Of a stretch of 64,000 nt of DNA, positions 25,453 to 39,294 are shown in pieces. This stretch comes from Tubiluchus corallicola (lineage: Eukaryota; Animalia; Priapulida): the NCBI GenBank assembly GCA_030141605.1, contig JAQGDQ010000066.1, positions 434,001 through 498,000 on the forward strand, written 5' to 3'. The notes beneath the pieces were generated by a model. That model searched no databases, was not told the DNA's origin, and worked only from the letters and a program-made list of their open reading frames with translations. A program made the position numbers and the translations under genes. Within the stretch, counting starts at the first letter, position 1. Every line of letters starts with the position of its first letter.

Positions 25453-26774
25453 CTTGTAGGCCTTGACGCTATTTAAGTCCTTGGCGTTCCTTAATGCAAG
25501 TTAGTAGCGGCCAAAATCTTGACTAATTTTGTAGAATCAAAAACTTGATAGGAGTTCACGCTAATTGACTCGTTGACGCTAGCGTTTCCTTGACGTATTT
25601 GGCACTTCCTTCATGCTATGGACCTTGGCTATTAATTGCAGTAGGACCACCTGGTGAAACGTTTTTCGTTAATAACTTTTATAGAAACGGCATAACCAAA
25701 AAAGTGTCTTTTATATAACATGCAGCGCTGCACGGAATGTCGTATTATATCATGTAAGCCTATTATGTGCAAATTTGCTTCCCTTTTCATTGCATGCTGT
25801 AACGTAAACAATTACAAAGAATTTTCATGCATTTTTAGGCGTAGGTCCTATTATTTTTTGGTATATTTGCTTGTAAATAAATGTACAAACATAAGAAATA
25901 GCCATGACAAAAGTCCAAAAAGCGCATCCGAATCAATGTTGACCTGCATATCTTTATCTTTTCTGAAGGCCTACACAAGAAGCACAAGAAGGCCGCTTAT
26001 CTGAATAAAAATATATACAATGTTAATGCATGTAAGTGATGTACTTACTACAAATATCATATTTATACCGTACTAGCACAGAAGTAATGGTGAAGCCCTA
26101 TAATAGTAAGTCCTTGTCAGGGGTATAGGCGTCCTTCAAAGACCCATTGAAAATACTACAACCGCTCGTCGACTTTTATTATTAATTCAAACCACATTCG
26201 TTCTGATCGACCGAATTTTTGTGCCGCCTTTGCTGATTGTTCACTTCTTCGGTGGTCACAAAACCCTTGGCCTGCACAGAATAGTAATAACCCCTGGCCT
26301 GCAGAGAATAGCAATATGCCAGTCGTATCGAAAAGCCAGTCGTATCGTAATTATAAAGTCATTCATAATCGGAGTCCAGGACCGGACCGATCCCGCGCAC
26401 ACGCTCGAACGGAGGACGATGTGATGAATTAATGAGTGAGCAGTGTGCACGAAGTTTCTTGATACTGTGAACGTAGTGAAGTAGTGAAACTATTCAGTTT
26501 GTCCTCGTATATCCATGTTTCGATGTTTTTTTTACTGAAGGCTTGTTTATTTGTTTTGTAATTTAAGTTTATTCTCGCAATTTATCTTTAAAAAAAGATA
26601 AGTAATTGGCGAGCCCTATATGCATTAGTTAGAATGTCATTGCATTAAATGTTACAAATTTGTGGACAGTATTCAACTCTCATCACAGAAAGAACACTGT
26701 TAATAAGATTATATAACACAGAGCTTGCAATATAAAGATGTGTTGTTTATTAAATATGACCAAAGTGTTTATTC

Positions 26775-26900
26775 TGTACTGCAGCATTCTCGATATAAAA
26801 CTGATTAAAATATACCTACGGTCAACAACTTCACAAGAGCGACTAAATAATTTGACGACGCATTCTATAGAAAATGACATTAGGGAAACGATTGAATTTT
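26775..26900 (+). pseudogene. hAT transposase C-terminal dimerisation-domain remnant
   Basis: Plus strand reads KLIKIYLRSTTSQERLNNLTTHSIENDI, matching the hAT KLIKTYLRSTMSQERL..LA..SIE motif. Confidence 0.7.
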
Positions 26901-27198
26901 AAGTAATTTTTTGATGGAACTGGCTCCGGGCATTTCGAGGGCATTGTTCCCATTTACAGGGCAATGTTTTATTGTCTCTTCATCTGAATAATAGTGAATG
27001 CTCAAGCCCCTAGGCTGCTATATTGCGTTGCAACGTAAATATAACTAGAACGGACTTTGAAACCATATCAGTCTGTATTCGTTACTCATACTTTCACAGA
27101 CGGTGTCTAACAGTGAATGTGATTCGGATTGTACTGGCAGCTACTGTATCTTCAGAAAGTGGAAACTATCTCATTAAAATAAATTAATATCACAAATA

Positions 27199-27393
27199 CA
27201 GTCAAACCCCGTTATAACGCCCCCTCCCCTTATAATGCCGACATCGCTTAACGCCCATATTTTTGGCAAAACAAAAATTTTAATGTCTATATTTGCATAG
27301 TCATGTCTGTATTAATGCACTTTGTTATAATGCCAAAAGGAAACGCCAACGTTTTTCTAGCCCCAAAGTAGGCTGTATAAAGAGGTATGACTG
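27199..27393. mobile_element. Tc1/mariner (Tigger-like) MITE
   Basis: TA|cagtcaaaccccgttata ... tataaagaggtatgactg|TA: imperfect TIRs with TA flanks. Confidence 0.7.
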
Positions 27394-28198
27394 TATGTGA
27401 AATTTTAATTAAAGAGCCATATATGTTAAACCAAGAAGACTGCTGCTCGACGTTTCGTTAAGAAAGTGTGGACAAAATTGACAAAAATAGCCATTCTACT
27501 TAAAGAATTTGCGGTAAGTTTACTCCAAGCTACATAATATGTAAAGTATATAAAGAGTAAAAAATATTCAAGGCGGGTGCAGGCAGGTTAGATGTTGTTC
27601 CGTCTGAAGAGGTCCCCATAAAATCATTAGCCTAGGGACCCAAAAGCTCATACTTGAACCCTGCCTCATCTAACTGGAATAAAATAATTTTATTAAATGA
27701 TTAACTAATAATTTTTTATCTTGATTTAAAAAAATCAAGATTACTTATTTATGATGTAGTAAACCCGCACTTTGGTTTACTGTCACGAAGCAATTTGACA
27801 TGTAAAGACAGAGCCCAGAAGTATGGAGTTGAACCAGCGGCCTTTTGGTTGCAAGCGAAGCACCTCGACCACTGCTATAAAACTCTGCCCCAGTGCTTAT
27901 GGCAGGACTTATAAAGTGCCCCAGCTAATTCAACATTTCAAAGTGTTAGTACACTGAAAGCTAGAGTACAAATTACTAATTAATTAGATTAATTGTATTA
28001 ACTCTGGTTTTATAGGGTTACAGATCTTACTTATATTATGATTATTAACAAATAAAGCCAACCAATCAGAGAGAAGGAACGTCTTCACTCAAAGTGAACT
28101 TAAATTATTAATTTTTATGCATGTGTCATCACACCTGACAGCAGATGCTGCACTTCATTGAAGGAAAACCGGACCCAGCCAACTCTTTAAAATATTAA

Positions 28199-28753
28199 AG
28201 GGAAACATACTATTTTTTCCAAAAATGACTTGCGCAAAAGAATTATTACCACAAAAGCACAATTTCGCGCTCGTGCCACTAGTTCTTCACTGTTACATGC
28301 ATTTCGCCATTCGCTGGTTAGACGGGCACTAGCGCCTGCATTTCGTAAACCCATTGAAAAAAACAGGTACTGTACCTCTCAGCTCAGATGTGTTAAGTTT
28401 GTGACAAACTACACATGTTCAAAAGCTCATGCGTGAGCACAGTGGCAAATTTGAAATTTGAATTTTTTTCTTAAAACTTGCCTAGTTTTACTACAACACA
28501 CTGAATGTCTTACAGTAACACTGTACTTCCAATTTTCGCTTTAGCAAACACGTGCAACACGCTCGTGGAATATTTTTGCTGTTGAAAATTATGTTAGTTT
28601 TTGATGTCATCAATAGTTGGGTTCCTCGCCGTTAAGATTTAACCTGTTATTTAAATATCAGAAACGCTTTGGCATTATTAATTGTGTTAAGATGTATACT
28701 GTTTATCGGACTTTAAAATGGGGCAGTGTGTAAAAAAATCATCCCGTGCTCCT
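28199..28753. mobile_element. Possible Kolobok-like non-autonomous element (TTAA-flanked)
   Basis: ttaa|aggg... and ...cct|ttaa termini around a CpG-richer interior. The TIR match is very short. Confidence 0.35.
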
Positions 28754-29050
28754 TTAATGCTACAAGATAGCGAACTAATTATTGAATCAGACGCATTATG
28801 TCTCTAACGGCGCGTTCAGACTACCGAATTTCTTGTCGCAAGTTTTCTCTCTGACAGCAAACTCGCAACTATTAAATGCATACTATTGCAAGCTCTCCGA
28901 TGGTCGCTATGAGTTGATTTCGTGCGAGTTACTGTTTTTTATTATTATTATTATAATTCTTTATTTTTAAAAACTATGTACAGAATACATTCCCTCTATT
29001 TGTAGGGATATGTTTAAAATTTCTAAAAGCATTTACAACGTATTAAACCT

Positions 29051-29053
<3 letters not shown>

Positions 29054-29147
<94 letters not shown>
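29054..29147. repeat. (CA)n microsatellite, about 42 units, followed by a short (TA)n
   Basis: Directly visible. Confidence 0.97.
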
Positions 29148-29149
29148 AT

Positions 29150-29680
29150 TTAGAATCCAACGCATGAGACACATTGAACGACAACGATCATATACAATAG
29201 ACATAGTTACAAATTATAATCCAACAGTACATACATACATAATAAACGATAACGAACATATTTTAATACTTAGTAACAAAAATTTACACACATTATACAC
29301 AATGAAAAACAGCGAGTTCAATTACAATAAACATAATTACCAATTCTAATGCAAATTCACATAATCATGAATAAAAACAAAACGGCATATAGAAAACACG
29401 ACGAGAGTTGTAAAATTTCATCACCAACAGACTGTTTATATACGGGCGAAAGACGATAGGAATTCATCCGAGATAAGATTTGCAAAAGCATTTATAACAT
29501 TATTATCCCGACTAGAGAAAACATAGTCTGAATCTAACGTAGGCAGAGTGCTAATAAAATCATTTCTTTTGGCTTGGTTTACTAATGTACCTTCAAATAA
29601 TAAATGATGTACAGACTGAGGGCTTAATAAGCAGTTACATGTGCTATTAGGAGCCTGCCCAATTTTGTACAAAAATTCCT
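29150..29680 (-). mobile_element. Non-LTR retrotransposon 3' end fragment
   Basis: ORF 29436..29672 YKIGQAPNSTCNCLLSPQSVHHLLF resembles the C-terminal CxC..H.LF finger of LINE ORF2, followed by a T-rich UTR. Confidence 0.6.
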
Positions 29681-32600
29681 TAAAATTTCCCTGCTTAAGA
29701 AACTAAAAGCTAAAACTTCTAATTTTCTCCTGCCCAAAGATACAGGGAATTGCATGGGCGTATTAAAAACTTTTATCGGGTTAATACTGGTGTTTGTACA
29801 TTGGTACTTGTGGCGACATCTATTTGTACAGTGTTTAGTGTTTAGTGTGAACACCTCAGCGAGTTACTCTCGACACTTCTCGTGAGTGAATAGAGAAGAG
29901 AGTGTCAGCTGGCGCTTACTGTCGGAGAGTAACTTACAAAAAGTTTTGCTCTCTAGTCTAAACACACTTTCGAGTTACTTGGCGAAAAAACTCGCTAATC
30001 TGAACATGCTGTGAAGTCGAATTTCGCTGTTACTTGAAGTAGTGTTAGCAGAGGAAAGGTCACTAAAGTTCAGTTGGCTTTGGCTGTGACCTTGAAGATA
30101 GGTCGGTACCGCCCACTGTGCATCGACCCAAAAATTTCACGGTTCAGTCGTTTTGAGAAATTGAGAGACGTCCATGTGTACAAATCAAACCGAGGCCAGT
30201 TAACTCGGTTACTTCGATCCCTGACACAATTAATTTCTATTGCAACTCTTTCTTTTTCCTTAATATTAATCAGAAAATTTCAAAATCTAATCATTAAGAC
30301 ACTGGGTAGGTTAGAGCAAAGAGAAGCGGCAGGGTGCAACGTCAGCAACATGTAGAAACGTTACCATTTGCAAGCTAGACAGCGTTGTTACTAGAACTTA
30401 TTAATGTTTAATTACTATTCTGCATTAAACTACAATTACACCACAACGGTGCGTTACTAGGGTGTCTAAGAGGACTAATACCTGCGTGCGCGTTCCTGCT
30501 AGTAACTGTTACTGCTATATTTTATCGACATTAATTTTGTGTCAAGTTTATTCGGTATACAATATGTTTAACTAGTGCTCTGGCTTGGTGACATCTAATT
30601 TTAATAAACGTAAAATAAATTTAATACAAAGAAACTTATAATAGTGTTTACGTTGAATGTGAATCATGGCGATATTAATAGCGTACGTGTTGTTGAATCA
30701 TTTGGAAACAGGTTTCAGTTACGTGCTGGCTTTGAAATTTTCTAATCAAACTTGACAAGCTTTGTGACAATGTATGCTGCTGCGTACGTCTGCAGACGAG
30801 AACCTTTGCAAAGAATACGTTAGAAAAAAGGCAGGATAATAACATGTGCCAAAGAAGTTAGTGATATGTTTAAACTCCCCATTTTTACCCAAGGTTTGTA
30901 ACCATTTGTACATTGTGAAATTATATATATATATATTGAGGGTGGTATTGAACATAATCATGTATGGAGCTTTAAATAGGCTTATATCTACTGAACAATA
31001 TGACGATGACGATGACGATGATGAAGATTTTCTGGGTGATTTTTCATGAGCGCGGAAAGACATAAAGACATAGACCATTTGTTTAAATTTCGTTAATGTT
31101 TTGAAACAATAAGTAATAACTGATCACAAATAAAAATAAAAACCAAACTGCATTTCTACCGAAACAATGTCATGTGACGGTACCACCTAAATTCTACGTC
31201 ACTCTAAAATCTAAGTTTTCCTACTAAGTAATACAATAGAACCTTGTTTCACAAATTATATATAGGATTACCTAGCCTTTATTCTCCATTGTCGTCTGAT
31301 GCGGGCTCTCTACTAATTTTGTCTTTTCCTGAGAAGCACACCCACAAACAGGCACGAACTCATAAGTAATGTGAAAATTGCAGGGCACATCACCCTTACC
31401 AGGGAATAGTGTTACGACAATACTAACGCAGAAACAATACATTGCCTGCTCCTATACGCAAATACTGCACATCGTCGTGATGGCTGGCTTTTTCGGTGCT
31501 TGGGTGATAAGTTCAGTGATAATGTTCAGGTTTGAGACGGAAGCTAAATTTGAGAAGCTTGCCGGTCAGACTGAATGGATAAATATTAACTCAGTTGTTT
31601 CATGAAATATTCTGCTTCTTTATTTTTTGTTCTGTAACTCTAGCCGTTTATAAAAGGCCAATAATATGCTTCTTGTTAACTTTATAAAGATGAAATTATC
31701 CCTTTTTCTTCCTGAAACGGGAAGCAGATGACTCCTCAATTTGACGTAGTTCATCATAGATGGTCTGGCATGCTTCCAAGTCGGCCAAATTTTAGTTTTA
31801 CCTTGCATGGAAATGTCTCGCACAACTCATAAATTTAATCTTAACTGTTTTAACAATTTTCCCGGCGTTTTTGTGCATATTTCTCACTACATCGGATTGT
31901 GTTTGGGAAACTTTCTTGATACAAGGGAAAACATACCTGAAAAAATGTCCACATTTACTGTCGAACTAAGAATTTCTTAGCACGCTGGCTTTTCCGGCGT
32001 GATGGTAGGGGTCAACTTATCTTTACTACTAGCAACACAAGACAGAATTCATCAGCAACCGCAGGTATCTTTGGACTACTGACGCATCATCTGCCTTCTG
32101 TTACCACAGTTGATGCGGATGGTTGGAAAGCGAGTTTAATAATACAAGCAGGAACAATTAAATAGCAGATGACAAAGCAATAAGATACCTGTGCGGAATT
32201 CTCATTTATAATGAGCAACTATATCATTACTAAAATTAATATGAAATTTGTTAGGTAAGATTCATGGTCAATCACTATTTCGTAATTCTTTTGCATTAGT
32301 ACATAAGTTAAGAGCCACATGCTACGCCGTTACAGTAATTTCCGGGCGGTTTCACGGTCGGTTGCAACTTCATAATTCAATCGCACAAGCTTGAAATTTA
32401 ACATTTGCATTTAATGCTTGATTTAAATTTTGCAATGCACAGGCCTATTGTTGTTTAAATGAATTGATTGTTATTTCACTGATTAACGAGCGTTTTCATG
32501 TTTCTCTTGTTTTATTATAGTGAAATTGACTGGCGATTGTGATCATCGACTGTCATGGATTCAGTGTTTGAGTAACGATGTAGCGTCAACGTTTCTCTTT

Positions 32601-32786
32601 AAAAGCCGCTAAGGGCCTACGCTAGTCACTACTTCGGAATTATTGACTTAATTAGCGCGTACAATAATAGTAATTCGCAGTTACGACATAGCATGGTCAA
32701 ACAAATGGGCTAGCCTAGTCCATCTTTAAGAGCAAAAGTTTTTTATCATTGTTTGACTGAAGTGCACCTTTAATTCAAGAAAGAAA

Positions 32787-34229
32787 ATGGATTTCAAGTT
32801 TCTGAGGAAGATTGGCTGGAGGAGATTGAGTGTGATATACTTTCTATGCTTATGTTGCGTAATCGTGTATTTTCAATTGTTTTCACTGACGTTTGTAAAA
32901 GAAACAAAGACACGCGCTAGCAGGTTTGTGATTGGAACAATTGGTGTTTTGAAGGCTGACCCAAGTAAACCTGAAGTCTGGAAATACAAGGTTAGAAACG
33001 GTTCAAACACTTTTGAAAATAGTTCAGCTCTTGGGGGAAATGCTAACTATTGTCCTCCAGTTTATGATCCTGTATTTGATAAATGGCAAAGTACAGAATC
33101 TGAGCAATGTGACGGTAAATTCAAAGCTTACGCCAGTAACTTTGCACTGCTTCACGACGTAGTGCTTCGCACAGACTTCGGCCATGGCGGGAAGGGTGGA
33201 GAAGACATACCCGTTTACATGAAGCTCTCAGAAAAGGAAAAAGTGTACGAACTTGATGCTGGCTATTTCAGTCTTAATTGTTCTAAAAAGCCCCAGTATA
33301 AATTTACGCCTAACAAAAATATTTTAAATGAGTGGATGCAGAAAGTTAGCATAGGTGACGTAGATTGTGCTAGTACCAGGTGTAAAGAGATCCCTGGTTT
33401 AACGATTGCCATACGTCGAAATGAGTATGCAAACATTTATTTTCAAATGATGGAGTTTTACAGTGTCTTTTCCATGATGTCTTTCTTCAGCGAGAAACCG
33501 TCGCAGACAAACATTCTTATACTGGACGCATTCCCAAAGACAGCGATTGAGAAATCATGGACAACGCTGTTTCGCAACTTATTTAGAGCTGGCAATTATA
33601 GTTCTACCGTCGTTAAAATACAAAATTTGGTTTGGCCTATGCGGTCGTACAATACGCCGTTTTTCAGCTCTTCAATGCAGGTCAAAAGCATTCCATTGAT
33701 TGAACAATTCAGGTGCTTTTTCCTGAAAGGACATGGGATCGATCCCTACGTGTACAGTAGTTTTAACTGTAAGCACACCAATGTGCTATTAATTGTACGA
33801 CGCGATTATCTGTCGCATGCAAATAATCCCAATAAGTTGATTAAACGAAAATTTCTCAATGAAACTGAGATAATACAGACGTTGAAACAATTTCCAAACG
33901 TTCACATTCGCACAGCCCAAATGGACTCTCTCGATATGGTACAACAATTAGAAGTGATCAGTCAAGCTGACATTGTGATAGCAATGCACGGCGCTGGACT
34001 AGCTCATACCACATTCTTGCCTGGACATGCTAGTTTAATAGAACTCTTTCCTAGTTACCACGGAGCAAACCACCACTTCAAACAGATTGCAACGTGGCGC
34101 AATATTTATTATCAAACGTGGAAAAATAGGGACAAGAAAAACGAATTTCCAAATTTTAGGACGAGGATACCCCCAGATGTTTTGTCAAGTTTAGTCAAAA
34201 ATGTTTTAAAGAAAAAGTGCAATACGTAA
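32787..34229 (+). CDS. Glycosyltransferase family 61 protein (beta-1,2-xylosyltransferase/EOGT-like), type II membrane, 480 aa, single coding exon; paralog A
   Basis: Short basic tail plus N-terminal hydrophobic segment. GT61 motifs RRNEYANIY, VRRDYLSH, MVQQLEVISQADIVIAMHGAGLAHTTFLP..ASLIELFP. Acceptor tttattatag at 32519-32520, AATAAA near 34303. Confidence 0.88.
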   Translation: MDFKFLRKIGWRRLSVIYFLCLCCVIVYFQLFSLTFVKETKTRASRFVIGTIGVLKADPSKPEVWKYKVRNGSNTFENSSALGGNANYCPPVYDPVFDKWQSTESEQCDGKFKAYASNFALLHDVVLRTDFGHGGKGGEDIPVYMKLSEKEKVYELDAGYFSLNCSKKPQYKFTPNKNILNEWMQKVSIGDVDCASTRCKEIPGLTIAIRRNEYANIYFQMMEFYSVFSMMSFFSEKPSQTNILILDAFPKTAIEKSWTTLFRNLFRAGNYSSTVVKIQNLVWPMRSYNTPFFSSSMQVKSIPLIEQFRCFFLKGHGIDPYVYSSFNCKHTNVLLIVRRDYLSHANNPNKLIKRKFLNETEIIQTLKQFPNVHIRTAQMDSLDMVQQLEVISQADIVIAMHGAGLAHTTFLPGHASLIELFPSYHGANHHFKQIATWRNIYYQTWKNRDKKNEFPNFRTRIPPDVLSSLVKNVLKKKCNT

Positions 34230-34572
34230 TTGATCGGACGCACGTGATAATTATCATAATTACAGACCAGTTGGATTAAAGGTCAAAATAGTCCAGATGG
34301 CAAATAAAATCTTGCTGCATAACAAAAATGTTTAAACTGCGTAAAAGTTTGAAGACATAAAAAACTTACATATTTCAAGGTATCAGAGTTCGTTCACTAA
34401 AATGAAGCTTACTTCGTTTATCTGAATGCTAATCTGCAGGCTGTGTTATTGTTTTTATTGTACAGCTGATCCATGCTATTGTTAACAATAGGTATAATTA
34501 TGCTTACTGGCTATAAATAACTGGTTGTAACTGGTTATTTTAAACTTATATGTACGGTGCGTTTTATATCGT

Positions 34573-37500
34573 TCAGTTGTTATTATAAGGCATATGTGAG
34601 GGTGTGCTGAGGTTAGGGAGAGGGTCCTCTGGTCCAACAGGTTTGTCTGTTTGTTTGAAATCCATGTGTTTGGGTGACTGTAAGGTTGAATTATTAGGGC
34701 GTTGGTTTGTTTTAGGTGGCAAAGTGGTTGATGTTGCAGGTTTCTCGACTGGTAAGCATCTGTCATTGTAAGCAAGGTCAGTATCAATAGAGATACTGGG
34801 GCGTGGTGGATGAATTGGTTCATATTTCCGAAGAAAACGTCTATTCCGAAGTGTTACTCTGCCCGAGCCATCCACCTTGATGACATATTGGTCATATTGA
34901 CGGACTTCAATGACTATACCAGACTTGTCCCATTTGGTAGGATGCTTCCCAGTCTGATTTTGTAAATGTACCTTGTCACCAACAACTAGTGGGGGTAAGC
35001 GTTTTGTGTGTTCAGTCCACCGTTCCGATGCTTTCATGTGTCTGTTACGCAAGGCTTCTTCTCGGGCTAGTAGTGATTCCTGCCAAGTGTTATGAGGTTG
35101 GTAGCGACCGGGTATTATAGGGATGAAGTCTCGTATAGGGCGGCCAAACAGACACTGGGCAGGTGAGAGTTTGGTATCTCTGTCTGGGCAGTTTCTGTAC
35201 TGCAGGATTGCTCGTTGAAACAAGTCTGTATTAAGGTCTCCCTGGGGGCCAGTATTATTCATAATCATGCGCTTAACGGTCTTAACGCCTAATTCGGCTC
35301 TACAATTGCTGTGAGGAAAGGCTACCGAAGAGAGACGATGATGGACACCCCAGTCTGAAAAAAACTGGCGTGTTTGGAATGAAATAAATTCTGGGCCACC
35401 ATCTGAGGCCAGTTCCTCAGCAATGCCGTAAGTGACAAAAACTCGGCGGAGGCAGGCAATGAGACCAGTAGCCCCAATTGGAGAACGTTCGACAATGGGC
35501 CAGTTGGAATAACGGTCAACAACAACGAGGTAGTAGACGCCCTTGTAATGAAAGAAGTCAGCGCAGATGCACTGAAATGGGTATACCGGCAAAACTGGGG
35601 GAACGGGCGGTGCTGCCGGTTGTGAGGGTGCAATACGGTTGCATTCTTGGCAACGACTTCGAAGTGCCGATATGGCTGTCGTTATGCCTGGCCAGAATAC
35701 TGATGATTCTGCACGAGAAATCGTGGATGAGACCCCTTGGTGTGCTGCATGGAGTGATGAAAGCACAGTGTCACGTAGGCATGGGGGAATAACGATGCGT
35801 TCTTTATAGAGAATAACACCATCGATGGTGTGGAGGTGTTCCCTGAACTGGTAATACTCACGTATTGGAGCTGGGAACTCCTGACGTGCTTCTGGCACGT
35901 TAGTTTCTATGATGTCTCTTAATAAGTTCATGGTGGTGTCACTTGTTGTAGCAACTCGGACCATATCCCATGTCACTGATTTGAAGTTTGCAAGCTTTGT
36001 GGCAGCTGAACATATTAAGGATGTCTCAAAGGACTCTGAAGGCGTTTCCTGACAACGAATACCTTCCAAAAAGAAAGTAGGTAGGTTTGGCAAGGTAATA
36101 TTAGTGTCCTGTCCAATTGTGGCAATGTCGTCAGGCAGAGGCATATCACCAGCATGGCCAGGGCAAGACGGGTGTCGAGAGATGCCATCTGCAGCTCGAT
36201 GTTTTGCTCCAGGGACATGTATGACCTGGAATTTGAAACGGAGCGTCTTTTCCTTCAGATTCCTAAGGCGAGGGTTGGGCATGTCATCAAGGGATCTGTT
36301 GCTGAAGATCTTGAGCAATGGTTTGTGGTCCACTGCAATAGTCAGGTTTGTACAACCCAGGACAAAGTACCTAGCTTTTTGAAGGGCATCTGCCACTGCT
36401 AGGGCTTCACCTTCAATAGGGGCATATCGTGATTCTGCTGGTGTGGTGAATCGGCTTCCCACAAGAGTGATTTTCCACCCAGTACGGCAACAAAAAGGAG
36501 TTGATTTGGGGCATTTGCAGTGTTTTTGGAGCAGCCAGAAGCCAATGCCTGACTTTGACCAATCAGTGGCCAAGCATGTCGGCCGTGTTTTATCGAAAAT
36601 TCGAACACCGTCTTCTATTTCCTGAACAATGAGTGCCTTGGACTCATTAAATATCTCATCTAGTTGTGCATTCCATGTGAATGGGGTCCCGGGTTTCAGG
36701 AGTGCACGGAATGGAAGCATTCGGTCAGCCATACTGAAAGCGTAACTAACTTGGTTTATTACGCCGAACCAAGATCGAACATCAGTGATGTTTTTTGGAG
36801 TGGGAAATTTTAGTATAGCTTGGAGATATCGCCGACAAGGGCGGACACTATTGGGTGTAATTTCAAATCCTGCAAATTCAACTGTGTCTTCAGCAAAGAT
36901 GAACTTGTCAGGATTAAGAGTGATGCCATGACGGCCACATATGTCAAGCCATTCTATTGCCTGGAAAAAGCTTTCTTTGATTGTAGGTGACCAGAGGAGT
37001 GTGTCATCAATACATTTTGTGTGACGGGGTACGTGTGACACAATCTCGTCATAGCGTCTTGAGTAACCATCACCCGAAGTAATGTAGCCCTGTGGGGCTG
37101 TTTTGTAGCGATATCGGCCCCACGGAGTGATAAACGTAGTAAGATGGCGGTCCTCTGCACGGATTGGGACACTGTGGTAGCCATTCCAGGCATCAAGTAC
37201 CGTTTTCTTCATGTTTGGGGGTACAGATCTTGCCTGCAGAAATGGTGACTGGGTGTGGTGGGTTTCTCTTGTGGCATGAACATTTAGGGCTTGAAAGTCA
37301 ACAGTTCTGCGGGGTTGGCCGTTTTTCTTGGGGCATACAATCATTCGATGGCACCAAGTGACAGGTTCGCCAATGGGGACAGGTTCCAAGACTCCTAGGT
37401 GGACGTCGCGATCGATATCTGCTTTGACTTGTTTCTGCCAATGCAAGGCGACTGGGATGGGGTTGTGATGTGCCACGGGGGTGGCATCAGAATTCACCAT

Positions 37501-39294
37501 GAGTTTCAAAGGGGGCCCTTCCATAAGTGGGAGAGGTTGGTGCTCACATATGTTGAATGTGCTTGCCTTGTAAGTGTCAAGGAGGTACTGTCTCAGTTTT
37601 GGCAAATTTTCTTGCGTTGGTGAAAATGGCAGTTGGGAGGGTGGTGTAGGTGGCAGCTGTCGTCGTGGACAGTGGCACTCAGATGTCAAACCACTACTGT
37701 TTTGTTGGGGTTTGGATATGTCATGTGTCTCAGATGAAGTGCTGTTTGATGATGATATCTCTAGCGTGTTGCACACCTCACCAATCTTTGGAAAGCTTTC
37801 TGTGATCATTCCGAGTGCAATACAAGCTTCACGGCTAATGTATAATTTGTTTGAAGTATCGGTGACATATACGATCTGCCTGGTTTCCAGTTGTTTGCCA
37901 GCCGTAGATGTACCAGTGAATCTTAGGATAGCAGCGCCAAGGATGTTAATTCCACGATCATTTGCAGCTTGCATGCGCATGGTGACAGGTATGAGATGTT
38001 GCTCTGATATGCCTATGCGAGTGAGGATTTTAAGGCTGCACAAGCAACTCTGGCATCCGGTGTCTGCTATTGCTGAAATTATACAAGAATTTGGTTGTCT
38101 GCCACAGCGAAAACCAAGGGCTGTGTAGTCACTTGGGTTTATTGACATGCGCAGTGTAACAAATGGTTGAGGCTTCGATGGTTGGCGTAGCCAACTATTA
38201 CACATCTGGTCATATAGGTGATGACTAAGGGGAACTGTACGACGGCTATTTTTTTCATGTACGTGTGGTGTAAATGAACACAATGTATCGAACACAGCTC
38301 CCTGTTCACCCAGTGAGGTGGATTGTTCACGACCTCTGTCACGGTCTGGAGCAGCATGTTTTGGCTTATTTCTAGATCTACATACCGGAGCGAAATGGTT
38401 TCTGCGACTGCAATATGTACAGGTTTTGCCAAAAGCTGGACATTTGTCCTGTCGTAATTTAAAATCAGAACCACTTCCATGACCGTGCCTTCCACAGTGG
38501 CTGCATGGTTCAGATGTTTTATCTTTGGCTAGATTGCTTGTTGTTCGTCTGTATGAGCTACGCACTGCTTCAGCATTGTGGGTATCGAAGAGTTTTGAAG
38601 CAGATCTTTTTCCAGATTCTCTGCTTTCAATTAGCATTAATAATTCTTCGATTTCCATGACTTGATTTTTGTCGCCGAGAATGTCCAGTTGGATTTCTGG
38701 ATCTGCGATGCCGCGTGTGATACAGTCACGAATTATTTCGTTGGTATAGCTGACACTGGTGTCGCACTCGGGACATTTCACTTCATAATTGCAGATGCCG
38801 GCTTGTCCTCGTAGACGGGCGCAGAATGCACGGATAGGTTCTTCACGGTCTTGTCGCATATCGTGCAATGCTACACGAGCCACCATGGTGTTCTCAACGC
38901 GAACAGCGAGCTTTTTGATAGCATTAAGAACTACATCTTCTGCTTTGCCACTGAGACTGCCACCAGCAGAACGAGTGAGATCTTTACGTAACGTTTCATC
39001 ACAACATTCTAATAATTGAATTACTCTGTCTTTACCAGTGATACCAGTGGCATCTACATATTCTTGCCAACGTGTGGTAAAATATGCCCATTCTTCGCTG
39101 GTACCGGTGGCAGATACAGTAGGCCTTTTCACTTTTTCAATTTTCGCAGTTGGAGCAGAATGTGCGGGTGGTGCCGCCTCTGTGTTCGTGGTGTGACTAC
39201 CACGATGTATTTGCAGGAGTTCGAGAACGATAGCCTCCGACAAGTCCTCTGTTGCATAATTGCAGCCAGTAATTGGGCATTGAACAATTGGCAT
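34573..39294 (-). mobile_element. Ty3/Gypsy retrotransposon gag-pol polyprotein, intact single ORF (1573 aa); no LTRs detected
   Basis: Gag zinc knuckles ([23 protein letters not shown]), protease ADTGCQS, RT ([19 protein letters not shown]), RNase H ([25 protein letters not shown]), integrase HHCC (HAAHQG...CQEC) and DDE (ADFF, SDGGPEF, RAE). The PR-RT-RH-IN order is that of Gypsy. Confidence 0.95.

Larger units (their letters stand above)
28808..30011. mobile_element. PIF/Harbinger-like MITE split by a nested LINE fragment
   Basis: Left end cggcgcgttcagactaccga versus reverse complement of the right end cagcatgttcagattagcga (15/20 matches), with 3-bp flanks TAA/TGA. Confidence 0.55.

Noticed and set aside
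31260-32150. Moderately GC-richer segment that looks like decayed coding sequence
   Set aside because: The frames I translated are broken by stops and show no motif I recognise. BLASTX would be needed.
34441-34480. Weak inverted similarity between the two Gypsy flanks (tgttattgtt...cagctgatccatgct versus the reverse complement of 39365..39400) as TIRs or LTR remnants
   Set aside because: Short, gapped and AT-rich, and in the wrong orientation for LTRs. I cannot distinguish it from chance by eye.
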